Positions 27,066 to 39,997 of a stretch of DNA of 64,000 bases are shown here, one piece after another; the stretch's first letter is position 1, and every line of letters begins with the position of its first letter. This DNA comes from Octopus sinensis (lineage: Eukaryota), in assembly GCF_006345805.1 (NCBI RefSeq), contig NC_043013.1, positions 10,230,001 through 10,294,000 on the forward strand, written 5' to 3'. A program made the position numbers and the translations under genes. The notes beneath the pieces were generated by a model. It saw only the letters and a program-made list of their open reading frames with translations, had not been told where the DNA came from and ran no database searches.

Positions 27066-28053
27066 GAAAGCTGTGTAAAAGGGAGATAATAACAGTGACC
27101 CGGCTGCACTAGGATGCGCAAGAGGTTGTATGTATGTGTGGATGGTGTCTGTGAGTTTTTGTGTCTGAATGTGGGTGAGCGAATGTGAAAGCATGTGGGT
27201 GAGATTAAAATTATTTGGACTTCAGAGAGCATGTGGGTGCGTGTGTGTGTATAAATAAGCTAGTGTACGCATTTTGTGAAGTTATGTGTGTTTCGTGTAT
27301 TTGTGTATGTGTTTGTGTGTGTATGAGTGCGCGTGTTTGTGAGCTTATGGACGTGTGTACATGTGTGTGAGACAGTGTATTGTATGTGTATGAAACTGTC
27401 GTGTGTGTAGGCTTCTAAACAGTTGTCGTCGCCAAGATTCACTCAAAATACATTAATCCGGCATTGTAATAAAATGGATTTACACATGTTGCTGCGTTAT
27501 TGAACTAACCCCAAAACCACGTGATTGATAAGCGAGCCTCTTAACCACACAGCTATGTCTGCGCCTATAATGGGCTGGAAAAAACAACAACAAATAAACA
27601 ACAAATAAGTTCCTGAAAACTAGTAGCGATTTGACTTTCCACAAAGGACGATAGAAAGTCGAAGAAAATTCGATTAGACGTGTTTAGTTGACGCTGCTAT
27701 TCGCAGTCTTTACACACACACGTACATAACAGGGCCACGTAAAATAGCACTACTGAAACACACATTCACTAACACATACGTTCGCAAACACACAATTGCG
27801 TATGATCCATGCAAATACGTATGTGTTTCCGTTTGTGTGAGTTTGTGCGTATGTGTGTTTTTCCAAGATAGTCTAGACCGTGTAAATTCGATCGATTAAG
27901 TTGGGCCGTAACTGAATGGGCATAAGATTTGTTAAACTGATCACTATAATTTAAAGTTACAGTTATTGAACAAGCTGTGATGCAAAGGGAATTGCGACAA
28001 TTCAGTCACGAACTGTAATTTCGTTAGCAAAAATATAAATAGAATTTATATGC

Positions 28054-28106
<53 letters not shown>

Positions 28107-29156
28107 ATATATAAGCGTCCTAGTCAAAGTTAAACTCTATAGGTCTTTTGTCTCTCCCTCTCTGTTTCTCTCGTAAGTGCTACGATGTGAAATAATGGTT
28201 CGGTGTGGTCTACATAGTTTGCTGTCCTTTATACAGATTTGTAGAAAGTGCAATAGAATAGTATTGACAGAAAATATTTGTATGTAGGTTGCCGACTGGC
28301 AGAAATATATTGTGAGCCGATTTTGCGGGGTTTGCTGTCGGTATTCTTTTGTATTGTATATGGTTCAGTCGTGCGTGAAGGAAACTCTCTCAACAGATGT
28401 ATTAAAATTCAAGTGATTTTACTTCTGGTGACCGAGTATTTGTGCATAGTAAGTTGGATTTGCATTTTTAAGATTCACTAAAGAATGTTTGTAGATGAAA
28501 TTTTTCGTCGCCAGGCACTTGATAGACGTTACGCAGCATATGTCAGTACATGTTCATCTGGAAGTTTTTACAGTAGGTGATCTAGTTTTGATTTGAAAAT
28601 ACTTACATCCATGCCATATAGGTCTCTCTGGCTTTGTGTGAGGATATCGAAGAGCTGTGAGCCTTTAAAGTCCAAGCTGTTGCACTATCTGGTCCCTTAT
28701 CCAATTAGCAATGTCGGGACTTTTGGTACCATGCAGTAGTGCCCCGTCCTGCGTTTTGTCTAAGCGACAACGACAAAGTTTGGAACAAGTTTCTCTAAGA
28801 GTTTCCAGATGAATATTATTGTATATCTTTTCCGCCTTCACTCCAGAGAGTAGAGATTTAACTCTTTTAGTCTCTCCCAAAAACTGATATGTCACATTGT
28901 ACGATATTCTTTGTATAACTTCGCTGGATCGCTTCGAGTACCGTCGTTAACTTGACACTGTTTGGTGACCAAAGTTGGGAGCAGTAAGTAATCCGGACGG
29001 CTGAGAACAAAGATCCTCTAGAGGACAATCATGGTTTCCTTTCCATTTGTTTTAAAAGTTCGAAGGATCCACGCGGCCAGGCGTTTGAGCCCTCTATTTT
29101 TTTTTTTTAAGCGAACATACCGGCCGCCTCGGACATTCGGCGAAGAGTAGCCTCAG

Positions 29157-29305
29157 ACTTCTTTTAGTTTCCATCTACCAAATCCAGTCACAGGGATGTG
29201 GTCTGCCCGAGTCTAGATTAGTAGGCACCTGCCAAGATGTCTCACAGTGGGACTGAACCGGGAACTGTGTTTGCGAAGCAAGCTTCTTACCCCAAACCCA
29301 CGTCT
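29157..29305 (-). mobile_element. Decayed 5' half of gtggctgtgtggtaag-family SINE
   Basis: cagtgggactgaacc and tttccatctaccaaatcc match the family; another head fragment lies at ~27480-27567. Confidence 0.7.
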
Positions 29306-29706
29306 ATATATATATATATATATATATATCCATTAAGGCATACTAATTTTCCTATAGAAAATATAATGCTTTGGATATTATATATCACCCACGCAAGAAA
29401 GTTTTTCAAAGATTCAAATAATTCCCTCTCCTCCTCCTCTCTCCCTCTTTGTCTCTTTCCCCCTGCTTTCTCTTCTTTCTCTCTCTCTCTCTGCGACTTC
29501 CAGAACTTTTGTGTTCATGGACACATACACACACATATATATTTATATTTATCAACTACCTACATATGTATATATATGAGTGCGTGTGTACGTGTATATA
29601 TTTAGGTATGTATGAATGTATGTATATATATATATATATATATATATAAATATGCCTTTATGTTTATACATACATGTAAAAATACATAGACATGTATATA
29701 TACATG

Positions 29707-29770
<64 letters not shown>

Positions 29771-30205
29771 TACATACACACACACTCACAGACACACGCA
29801 CCACGTATGCACGCCACCACAACCCACACACACGCACACACGTATTTTTATATACTTTCATTGTTAAATAACCATTTTTTTCCTGGTTGACGGTTTTTCA
29901 TATAGTATTAGTAGACAGAGGAACAAACTACATTAAGATATAAAATATACTGAACTGTTCATTATATTAGAAAAACATTTATATTCTGACATGAATAAAC
30001 TTTAATAATAACATTTTATAAAATTTCTTAATCTTTTATGTTCCGCCATCTTTGTCGCTGAATGGTATTTGTTCACTTAAAAACGAAGAGGTTATTGAAA
30101 TGTGTTCGATTATGTTCTTCCACGCAAACATACAATCATACAAACACAATCAGACAAATACATATGAGTTCATATATATTTGTGCCTCTCTGTATGTATA
30201 TACAA

Positions 30206-30588
30206 GGAGGCGCAATGGCTCAGTGGTTAGGGCAGCGGACTCGCGGTCATAGGATCGCGGTTTCGATTCCCAGACCGGGCGTTGTGAGTGTTTATTGAGC
30301 GAAAACACCTAAAGCTCCACGAGGCTCCGGCAGGGGGTTGGTGGCGATCCCTGCTGTACTCTTTCACCACAACTTTCTCTCACTCTTACTTCCTGTTTCT
30401 GTTGTACCTGTATTTCAAGGGGACGGCCTTGTCACTCTCTGTGTCACGCTGAATATCCCCGATAACTACGTTAAGGGTACACGTGTCTGTGGAGTGCTCA
30501 GCCACTTACACATTAATTTCACGAGCAGGCTGTTCCGTTGATTCGGATCAACCGGAACCCTCGTCGTCGTAACCGACGGAGTGCTTCC
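30206..30588 (+). mobile_element. Full-length tRNA-derived SINE
   Basis: ggcgcaatggctcagtggttagg (A box), ggtttcgattccc (B box); near-identical to 51835-52217; 3' stem-loop cgtcg..cgacg. Confidence 0.92.
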
Positions 30589-31092
30589 ACATGTATATAC
30601 AGATATGGTTATGCATACGTACACACGTGCGCATGGATTTGCGTCTGTTTGTGTGTATAGATTTATCAATAGGGGAAAGCAGACGATATATCGGTTAGAG
30701 TGTACTTATACGAGGAACTCTTGCTGAGCTTCACGTTACCGATAATCCAAACGATGGTGGCAATGTATGCAAACATTTTCAAACGCATAGCGATATAAGT
30801 TCTCTAAACAAGCTGGCATATATATATATATATATTGGCAAATGAAATAGAAATAAGAATGTGCATTGTCCGTTTGATTGGAGAATTTCTATAAGTGGCT
30901 GAAGATTGCTCGACATTTTAAAACTGATGTAATACTTACAGTGTTTAATAAAATGAAGTAGCATGAAATAATTGTACCACTCTCCATCAGATATACTTGT
31001 TGCTTATCTTGATTATAATCACCCCATTGATTTATATGGAGAATACCATACAAAATTCTGGTGCCTTTGACTTAAGTACCATATTCATCTGA

Positions 31093-31154
<62 letters not shown>

Positions 31155-31155
31155 A

Positions 31156-31207
<52 letters not shown>

Positions 31208-31330
31208 CATCTATCTATCTGTCTGTCTGTCTGTCTATCTGTCTGTCTATCTATCTATATATATATAGAGAGAGAGGGAGAGGGAGAGGGAGAGAGATAG
31301 ATAGAATGACAGACAGACAGACAGACAGAC

Positions 31331-31379
<49 letters not shown>

Positions 31380-31380
31380 T

Positions 31381-32463
31381 GTTTCTTTATTAGCCACACA
31401 GGGCTGCACACAGATAGAACAAATTACAAGGTAGAGCTTTTCTTTGAAGGTTTAAAAAAAAAAAAAAAAGGAAGGGGGAGAGTTTCGATCAAAAGGGATC
31501 GTAAAAGGAGAGAAAGAGGACAAAAAAGGGGGGTTAAAAAAAAGGGGGAGAGGAAAAAAAAAATTGATCAATAGGGATCGTTATCACAGAAATGTCAATA
31601 TGAAGTGTAAAGGGGGGAGGACAGGTGAGGCTTACCGTGGAAAGAAAACCTACGGAAAAGACCACGGTAACCTCGGTCAATGGAGTCACATGTATATTTC
31701 TTTTTTTTTTTTTTGCAAATAAGCAACTCTCTGTTTTCAATTTCTGGATTTTGGGTTCATAGGATCATGCTCAAGGTGGCTTCGTCATTCATACGTGCCA
31801 TTCTTGCTACATTCACCCATCTTTTTTTAAAACATTCGCTAGACACAAACTTGCCTCTCTACTCTCACTTTCTTTTCAAGTGGTACTTGAAGAAGTTGAT
31901 GAGAGATTGACCAGAGAGGAAAGTGTTTGTCTCCAATCCTTTCAGACGCGTCCACCAGATACATTCTTTCGCCATAGCCACAAGGATGATGAAAATAGCT
32001 CTTCCTTCCCGTTTGAAGGAGGGAGGCGTGACAATATTAACGATAGACTCAGCTGATAAGCCGACTCGTCCCACACGTGACAGCAGTTGTTCGACACAAG
32101 CCCACAGGTCGGAAATTGTTGGACACTGGACGAGTGCGTGCAGAACGGTTTCGTCGCTCTGACCGCATCTCGGGCAGGTCAGACCCGTGTTTCTCGAGCC
32201 GTGTCTGTAGAGCTTATCCCGAACGGGTAGCGCTTCTCGGTAGCACTGCCAGGCCAGGGATCTCTGGAAGTTGTCCATGGGCCCTGGCCCGAAAGTCGTC
32301 CTGAACAGGCGGGTCAGGTACTCCTCGTCGACGTCCAGGTTCGCCCCGAGCTCGTCGTCGTACCTCCCCTCCACTAAACCCCTATAGAATGTTTGGTTGT
32401 GTTGAAGTCACTCAAGGTCGACCCAGGACGGCAGAGTTGCTTGAGAGCAACGCGACACTCGCG
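31381..32463 (-). mobile_element. 5'-truncated Tx1/L1-clade LINE inserted in (TATC)n
   Basis: ORF2 C-terminus AWQCYREALPVRDKL..CPRCGQSDETVLHALVQCP (zf-RVT-type CCHC), T-rich 3' UTR, aataaagaaac end; (GATA)n on both flanks. Confidence 0.88.
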
Positions 32464-32522
<59 letters not shown>

Positions 32523-32525
32523 CAA

Positions 32526-32801
32526 GTTTCTTTATTGGCCACACAGGGCTGCACACAGATGGGACAAGTTACAAGGTAGAGCTTTTCTTTTGGGGGATGA
32601 AAAAAACAAAAAAAAAAGAAACAAAAAATAGGTGGCGTAGGTTTTCGATTAAAAGGGATCGTAAAAGGGAAAAAAAGAACAAAAAATAGAAGAAAAGGAA
32701 AAGGAACAAAAGAAAAGAGAAATGAAAAAAAAGAAGAAAAAAGGGGAAAAAAAGGGGAAGAGGAAAAAAAAAGACGATCAATAGGGATCGTGTATCACAG
32801 T
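32526..32801 (-). mobile_element. Second, 3'-UTR-only copy of the Tx1-like LINE in (TATC)n
   Basis: gtttctttattggccacacagggctgcacacagat... is homologous to 31381-31590; flanked by (GATA)n. Confidence 0.88.
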
Positions 32802-32858
<57 letters not shown>

Positions 32859-32859
32859 T

Positions 32860-32926
<67 letters not shown>

Positions 32927-32943
32927 TTAGATAGATAGATAGT

Positions 32944-33029
<86 letters not shown>

Positions 33030-33314
33030 TATGTGTATATGACGATTGTATCAGTGCGACCTCACACTTCCCCGAACATCTAGACTCCTTCCTCTCTTTT
33101 GTCAAATCTTTACTTCCTACCTAATCCTAAGCAGAATTTTGGTCACTATTTCCAGCAGGTCGTGTATCCCCCTAGTAGATGATCCCTCTCTCGCTTGATG
33201 TCATTGGGTCTTGTTTATTGCAAGGACACAAATGAATCAAATAAAATAGACTGCAAAATATGTCCGTATCTATATCTCTTTTGTGTTTATATCTCTCTGA
33301 TTGCGTGCATGCTG

Positions 33315-33350
<36 letters not shown>

Positions 33351-33729
33351 TGTATGTATGATTTTGTAGAAGCTATATGTGTGTGCTTGAGGAGGCTATG
33401 CATGTGTCTAACTGCATGATTGTACATATAGGAAGGGTTACGCTTATCAGTATATGCGTGTGTGCGTGTGAGTGGGTGCTTGCGTATGTTAATGTTAATG
33501 CATTTTTGTACTACGGATAATTACTTTTATTCATCCCAAAGTAAAGATGTGCACATTACGTGGATCCACCACTTGACTTTAGTGTTCATCAGCTTATCTC
33601 ACAATCAGCCTGAACGGAATTCAGCAAGGTTTCAATTACCGAAAGATGTTTTATATACATGCATGGATATACATGAATACATACCTATATGCAGACGCTA
33701 CACACACACACACCACACATATTATATAA

Positions 33730-33768
<39 letters not shown>

Positions 33769-33847
33769 TAGATATTCGTATCAATTATTAGTGTAGATAT
33801 ATATATGTATGCATATATATATGCATACAGGTATGATGAATATTTGA

Positions 33848-33894
<47 letters not shown>

Positions 33895-35182
33895 ATATAC
33901 ATACATATAAGTATGTGTGTGCCTCTGTGTCTGTGTGTGTACATACATACATGCATGCATACATACATACATACATACATACATACATACATACATACAT
34001 ACATACATACATGCATACATACATACATACATACATACATACATACATACATACTTACATTGAAGCATTTCATGGGTTGCATTCGAAAAATTCCCCTGAG
34101 AGCTGTAAATGCCAGCTGACAATATGACGGATCGGATTTCGAATAGCTGTGGCACTGTTGATTAAGGCTAGTTTCCTGAACTGACACTCTGATAGATGTC
34201 TCTACTCGCCATTGAGTCACATGTGTCTTATAAAACAGAAGATGAACCTTCAATTTCCAAGCAGAGAAAGCACTACGAAACAGGCTGAAATAGTCCTCCT
34301 CTGACCAGGTCTATAACCAAAAGGAAAGAATGTTTCAGGTGTATTTGTTATATACACTTGGTTTGATATGTCATTAGGTTGTTTGTTTTGGCTGGTGCCT
34401 TTCTTCAATTTCAAGTCAGCCCATTGAGGGCCGCCGCTACCATCAAGACATTCCTAACTTGACTATACTATCTTTTGATTGGTATCTTAGACTTCATTAT
34501 ACAACCAATCTATTTCTTTCTAGACTGTATATATATAGATAGATATACATACATGTACATACATATCTATTTCCAGGGGTCCATAAAGATTCAAGGCCTA
34601 AGAAGCCCACTACAGATTGACTAGACACAAAGATGAAAAAGTAACAAATGACTTATCCAGCCTTAGCACGGAGAGTAGTGATGAAGGGGGTTCACATATG
34701 TCAGGTAATTCTAATGGTTTTCCTTATTCTTCTTGGTGGAATTATTTCTGGAAGATTTTGACTATAACGCGTCTTTTATTTGTTTGATTTCATTCGAAAT
34801 GATGTTGAAGAAGCCATGGCAACTAGGATGAAAATAAATAAATAAATAAATAAATAAATAAAGATTGAGACAATTTTGTCATGTGAGATAGTGTTTTGTG
34901 GGGAACATATGATTCTGGGATCAAGCCTTGTAGGATGTATAAACTTGAAACTAACATCGTTTCCAGTGTTTTATTACGTTATATGGATAACGCTTCGAGC
35001 AAAATGTTGAGTTGAAAACTCACCAAACTTTACCTGCCATCTTTTCAGAGTTGATAAAATAATGTAACAAGCACTTCAACACGGAGATGGTGGTAACCGA
35101 CAAGCCCAGCCTCTCAAATTTGCTGAACTGGTTCCAAAATCACATACAATTATATTCTCAGATACACGAGTATATACGCGTG

Positions 35183-35216
<34 letters not shown>

Positions 35217-35231
35217 ATATATATATATTAT

Positions 35232-35428
35232 AGGGAGAGTTTCGAAGAAAACAAAAGACGAAGACAGGTGGTGTACAAAACAAACAGATGTATTAGTATA
35301 ACGCTCAGGAATAGAAAAGTGTTTTACGTTTCGAGCCTACGCTCTTCTACAGAAAGGGACAAAGAAAAAATAAGGAGAGAAAAGGAGAGAAAAAATGTGT
35401 TTTATGGCTAACGATCTATCATGGCGAT
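35232..35428 (-). mobile_element. PLE-like terminal-repeat fragment with hammerhead variant (35322-35355)
   Basis: ttt-CTGTAGA-a gagc gtag gctc-GAAA-cg-TA-aaa; embedded in (TA)n. Confidence 0.7.
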
Positions 35429-35476
35429 GTATATATATATATATACATGTGTGTATGCATATATATATATATGCAT

Positions 35477-35505
<29 letters not shown>

Positions 35506-35510
<5 letters not shown>

Positions 35511-36806
35511 AAGAAAATAGTAAAGTGTGAAAAAACGACAGAAGGCTTAAATGTTAAAAAATATATATATTTGTGTCAAAATGTCTGGAGAATATTGGAA
35601 AAATTTTTTTCCTTTCCTTAAAATGACATAATTTTAAAATTTTTAAAGAAATTACCGGTTTCGCGTGTAGCTTTTCAAATTTCTGTGACGTTATGTTTAT
35701 TGTATGGAATTATCGTTGTTTTTATTTCCAGGAGATTTCTAATAAGGGGAGGTAGTGAGTGATTTTTTCCGGTGTAGGGGAGATAATCGCTTAAAAATTT
35801 TTTTTCCATTTCCTTGTTAATTTCTCTGTGTCAGTATGTTCGGATGGTTGAGTCTGGGTTTGTACTTTTCAATGAAGAATGTTTCCTTGTTCAGTCTCAT
35901 TTGTGTTGATGATCCGAAAGCACATTGGTAAAATGGAAGATTAAAAATTGTGGCAGTAGTAGTTGCTTTGCGCATTTCTCGATGTGCTCACTAAAAGGTA
36001 TCATTCTATATTCTGGGAATGCAATCTGTTGTCGATGCAGTGTGCATCTGCGCCTGAGTGATAGTCCCGTGGAACCCACGTAGTCTTGGTGGCAGCCCGA
36101 GCATTAATAACATAAATTATGTTTTCAGAGGCCAAGTAAGTAGATTTGATCTTAATTTCTGTCCCTCTTTAAAGAAGAATTCTGATCCTTCCAATAGGTT
36201 AGGACATGTTGCACAGTTCGATCTACCACATTTTTAACTTTGCATCCGTAATTTTAGAAGACAATTTTGCCTTTGTGAGAATCTTTTTAAGTGATTTAGG
36301 CTGTTTGTAGCTTTTAATGATTTGGTGTATGTTTAGAATTTCCTTTAATTTGGGTTTTTATGAAGTATGGTAAATTCTGGGTGATGATGGTGAAGGCTTC
36401 TTTGTTTCTGGGGTTGTATGTAGATATGTAAGGTAGTATTTTCGGGGAAGGTGTGTTGTTGTGTTGAACTTTTCTTAAAGTTTCTATGTTGATTTTGTTG
36501 CACCGGAAAAAAATCACTCACTACCTCCCCTTATTTAGAAATCTCCTGGAAATAAAAACAACGATAATTCCATACAATATAAACATAACGTCACAAGAAA
36601 TTTGAAAAGCTACACGCGAAACCGGTAATTTCTTAAAAATTTTAAAATTATGTCATTTAAGGAAAGGAAAAAATTTTCCAATATTCTCCAGACATTTTGA
36701 CACAAATATATATATTTTTTAACATTTAAGCCTTCTGTCGTTTTTTCACACTTTACTATTTTCTTATATATTCACCCACGTGCTTTACCAAACAAAACTT
36801 CTTATC

Positions 36807-36810
<4 letters not shown>
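35506..36810 (-). mobile_element. Penelope-like element: decayed GIY-YIG endonuclease region plus inverted terminal-repeat copy
   Basis: LPYISTYNP, CGRSNCATC, ENIIYVI..SGCHQDYVGSTGLSLRRRCTLHRQQI; 35506-35774 is inverted at 36501-36770; (TA)n on both sides. Confidence 0.88.
36595..36634 (+). ncRNA. Minimal hammerhead with compensatory U3-A8 core; inverted copy 35647-35684 (-)
   Basis: aagaaat-TTGAAAA-gc tacac gc-GAAA-ccgg-TA-atttctt: 7-bp helix I, palindromic helix III. Confidence 0.7.
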
Positions 36811-36837
<27 letters not shown>

Positions 36838-36842
<5 letters not shown>

Positions 36843-37908
36843 ATACAATATGTTACATTATCGGTAGTCAAGATAAAACTCTGAGTTTCAGATGCCGAAG
36901 TGGAAATCCACAACACCATCTCTTCGGTTATCTGGCTATTTGAAAACGTTATGAAAAAATACCGTTAAAAATGAAGGAAATTACTCTGTTATAACTCTGC
37001 TTTGCCTGCGTACTTATACATCGATCGCATTTTTCGTCATAAAAATTATATAAAAATACATAAAAATATATAAAAATATATAAAAATATATAAAATCTTC
37101 TTGGGACATAACACAGAAAGCATGTTCTATCCGTTTTCTTTAGGGGACCAAAAACGTAACAGAAATTTAGTCACATGTGGGCATGATCCGAAAAGCTCTG
37201 TCCTTGTATTTAGACATGTGGTAGGGTCTAAGCTGCTTTCCAGATAAGCCATCTCTCCATGTCGCATAAACCGCACCTTCCGCTGCCGTTAGTATAGGGC
37301 TTACATCTGGCCAAAATCTTCCATTGTATGTTATAATCGACACCTTTATCTCATACAATGGAAGATTTTGGCCAGATGTAAGCCCTACACTAACGGCAGC
37401 GGAAGGTGCGGTTTATGCGACATGGAGAGATGGCTTATCTGGAAAAGCAGCTTAGACCCTACCACATGTCTAAATACAAGGACAGAGCTTTTCGGATCAT
37501 GCCCACATGTGACTAAATTTCTGTTACGTTTTGGTCCCCTAAAGAAAACGGATAGAACATGCTTTCTGTGTTATGTCCCAAGAAGATTTTATATATTTTT
37601 ATTATTTTTATATATTTTTATGTATTTTTATATAATTTTTATGACGAAAAATGCGATCGATGTATAAGTACGCAGGCAAAGCAGAGTTATAACAGAGTAA
37701 TTTCCCTTCATTTTTAACGGTATTTTTTCATAACGTTTTCAAATAGCCAGATAACCGAAGAGATGGTGTTGTGGATTTCCACTTCGGCATCTGAAACTCA
37801 GAGTTTTATCTTGACTACCGAGTAATGTAACATATTGTATAGATAAATTTCCTCTATTTACATAATATTGAGGTCTCTTTCTTTCTTTTTATCTTACCGT
37901 TTTATCAA
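36838..37908. mobile_element. Penelope-like element 3' end forming a ~1-kb palindrome
   Basis: Arms 36838-37330/37352-37845 with 21-nt spacer; right arm encodes WKILARCKPYTNGSGRCGLCDMERWLI..LNTRTELFGSCPH, resembling a PLE endonuclease C-terminus. Confidence 0.88.
37749..37811 (+). ncRNA. Hammerhead variant (CCGAAGA core, long helix II); inverted copy 36871-36933 (-)
   Basis: agataa-CCGAAGA-gatg...catc t-GAAA-ctcagag-TT-ttatct. Confidence 0.6.
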
Positions 37909-37915
37909 TATATAT

Positions 37916-37981
<66 letters not shown>

Positions 37982-37984
<3 letters not shown>

Positions 37985-38180
37985 CGGAGATGTAATCGCA
38001 TAGCAAGTAATTTGATCTGAGATCGTGTGCTGAAACGAAAACAATTGCAGCGTGGAAGGTGTTTATAAGACATTTAAGAAACACACAAAAGCCGTTCGAT
38101 TCACTCTAACATTTTAGTTTAATTTGTCAAAAATTTTCGTCGCTAAAATCCGCGACCTGTTCACTGACAAAGTCCGTGCA
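37982..38180 (-). mobile_element. Short PLE-like fragment in (TA)n with G3-C8 hammerhead (38123-38171)
   Basis: tttgtca-GTGAACA-g gtcgc ggatttta gcgac-GAAA-att-TT-tgacaaa. Confidence 0.7.
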
Positions 38181-38190
38181 ATATATATAT

Positions 38191-38236
<46 letters not shown>

Positions 38237-38880
38237 TAATTCTATAACGGATAACTTCGCCTTCTTGTATAATTTATAACATTTATATCATATAGTAGTT
38301 TGTATGATTTCATTATCATCTAACCTGGGTATATGAATGGTTGAATGTCAAGCGCCATACAAGCATTCAGGATTCAATAGGAACGTGCTTATTTAGAAAA
38401 AGACGCACGGAACAGTATAATGGCTGCCACTGGGGGTCTTACTTTGTACTTGCGTTAAAAGGAAGAACTGAACGAAGGAGACTTGAAGAGACGTGGAGAG
38501 AAAGAAATGAGGTTATTTACGCTTGGCATATAATAGTTAAACGCGTGATTTACAGTTGTATTTCCCCAATACCAATATATGTCCTACTCTAAGAACGTAA
38601 ATACATCATATATATACAAATTATATATGTACATGTGTGTGTGTGCGTGATTGTATGTGTGTCTACGCGTGTACGTGATTGTATACACACACACACACAC
38701 ACATATATATATACATATATATATAGGTAGATATGTATATATATATATATATATAAATGCATGTACATATAAATACATACGCACACATACATGCATAAAT
38801 TTATCTATCAGTCTATCTTTCCATGTCTCTCGCCCCCTCTTTCTCTCTCTCTCTCTAAAGAAAATATCAATACATACATA

Positions 38881-38926
<46 letters not shown>

Positions 38927-39422
38927 CGCTTATATATTTATACGTATATATATATATATATATACGTATATACGTTTATATATATACATATATATATATA
39001 TATAAATTTATATGCATACACTTCTATATAAATACATCAATGTGTATATTTATATGCATACACACGCACTCACACACACATGCGTGAATATATATATTCA
39101 CACGCATACATATAAAAATGTGTCTGTGTGTGGTAGAATATTTTAAAAAGAAAAATGCATATGATTTATCATTCACATATAATGCCAATACATTTGTCAC
39201 GCAATTATATATTTTTTTCTTTTTCGTGTAAAGAATTGCTTAAATCATACATCATATGCATATATTATACAATCTCACAAACATATATCATACAAAATAT
39301 AATGCAAACATATTAATATAGTTTCCTCAATGATTCTTTTGTTCGTTGCATCAGTTTAGATACAAATAAGTCGCGCAACACCGCTCTTACTATCCCTCCC
39401 TTTCTGATTATCTATCTATCTA

Positions 39423-39467
<45 letters not shown>

Positions 39468-39785
39468 ATATACATACATAAATGTATTGATGTTACGGAT
39501 AAGTTTTTGAATATCGCACACTGTTAATACGTTTCACATAGAAAAAGATTATATTGGGATAAGACACTATCGCTATCATGTTGGAAGTAAATTTTAACAG
39601 TGAACCGGAATTAGTAATATATGTTTTGATCAAATTGTTTCTAATTCTTCTGAGATATGGGCCATTATTTTTTTTTTATCAATTGACCCGAATGAACGAG
39701 TGAAATGGAAAAAAAAACGTGTTGGTCATGCATATACATGTATAAAAACAGAGACAGACAAACAGTTGCACGCTTATGATTATAC

Positions 39786-39945
<160 letters not shown>

Positions 39946-39997
39946 ATATGTGTTTGTGTATGTATATATATATGTATACATACGTACATACATACAT

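Noticed and set aside
28500-29150. Possible LTR-element or LINE remnant
   Set aside because: No recognisable domain or terminal repeats.
30206-30280. tRNA gene (also 51835 and 2300-2368)
   Set aside because: tRNA-like head continues into a repeated SINE body; no complete acceptor stem.
39519-39602. Hammerhead-like fold (cactgttaa/ttaacagtg, GAAAcgTA on minus strand)
   Set aside because: No recognisable 7-nt core; at best a dead relic.
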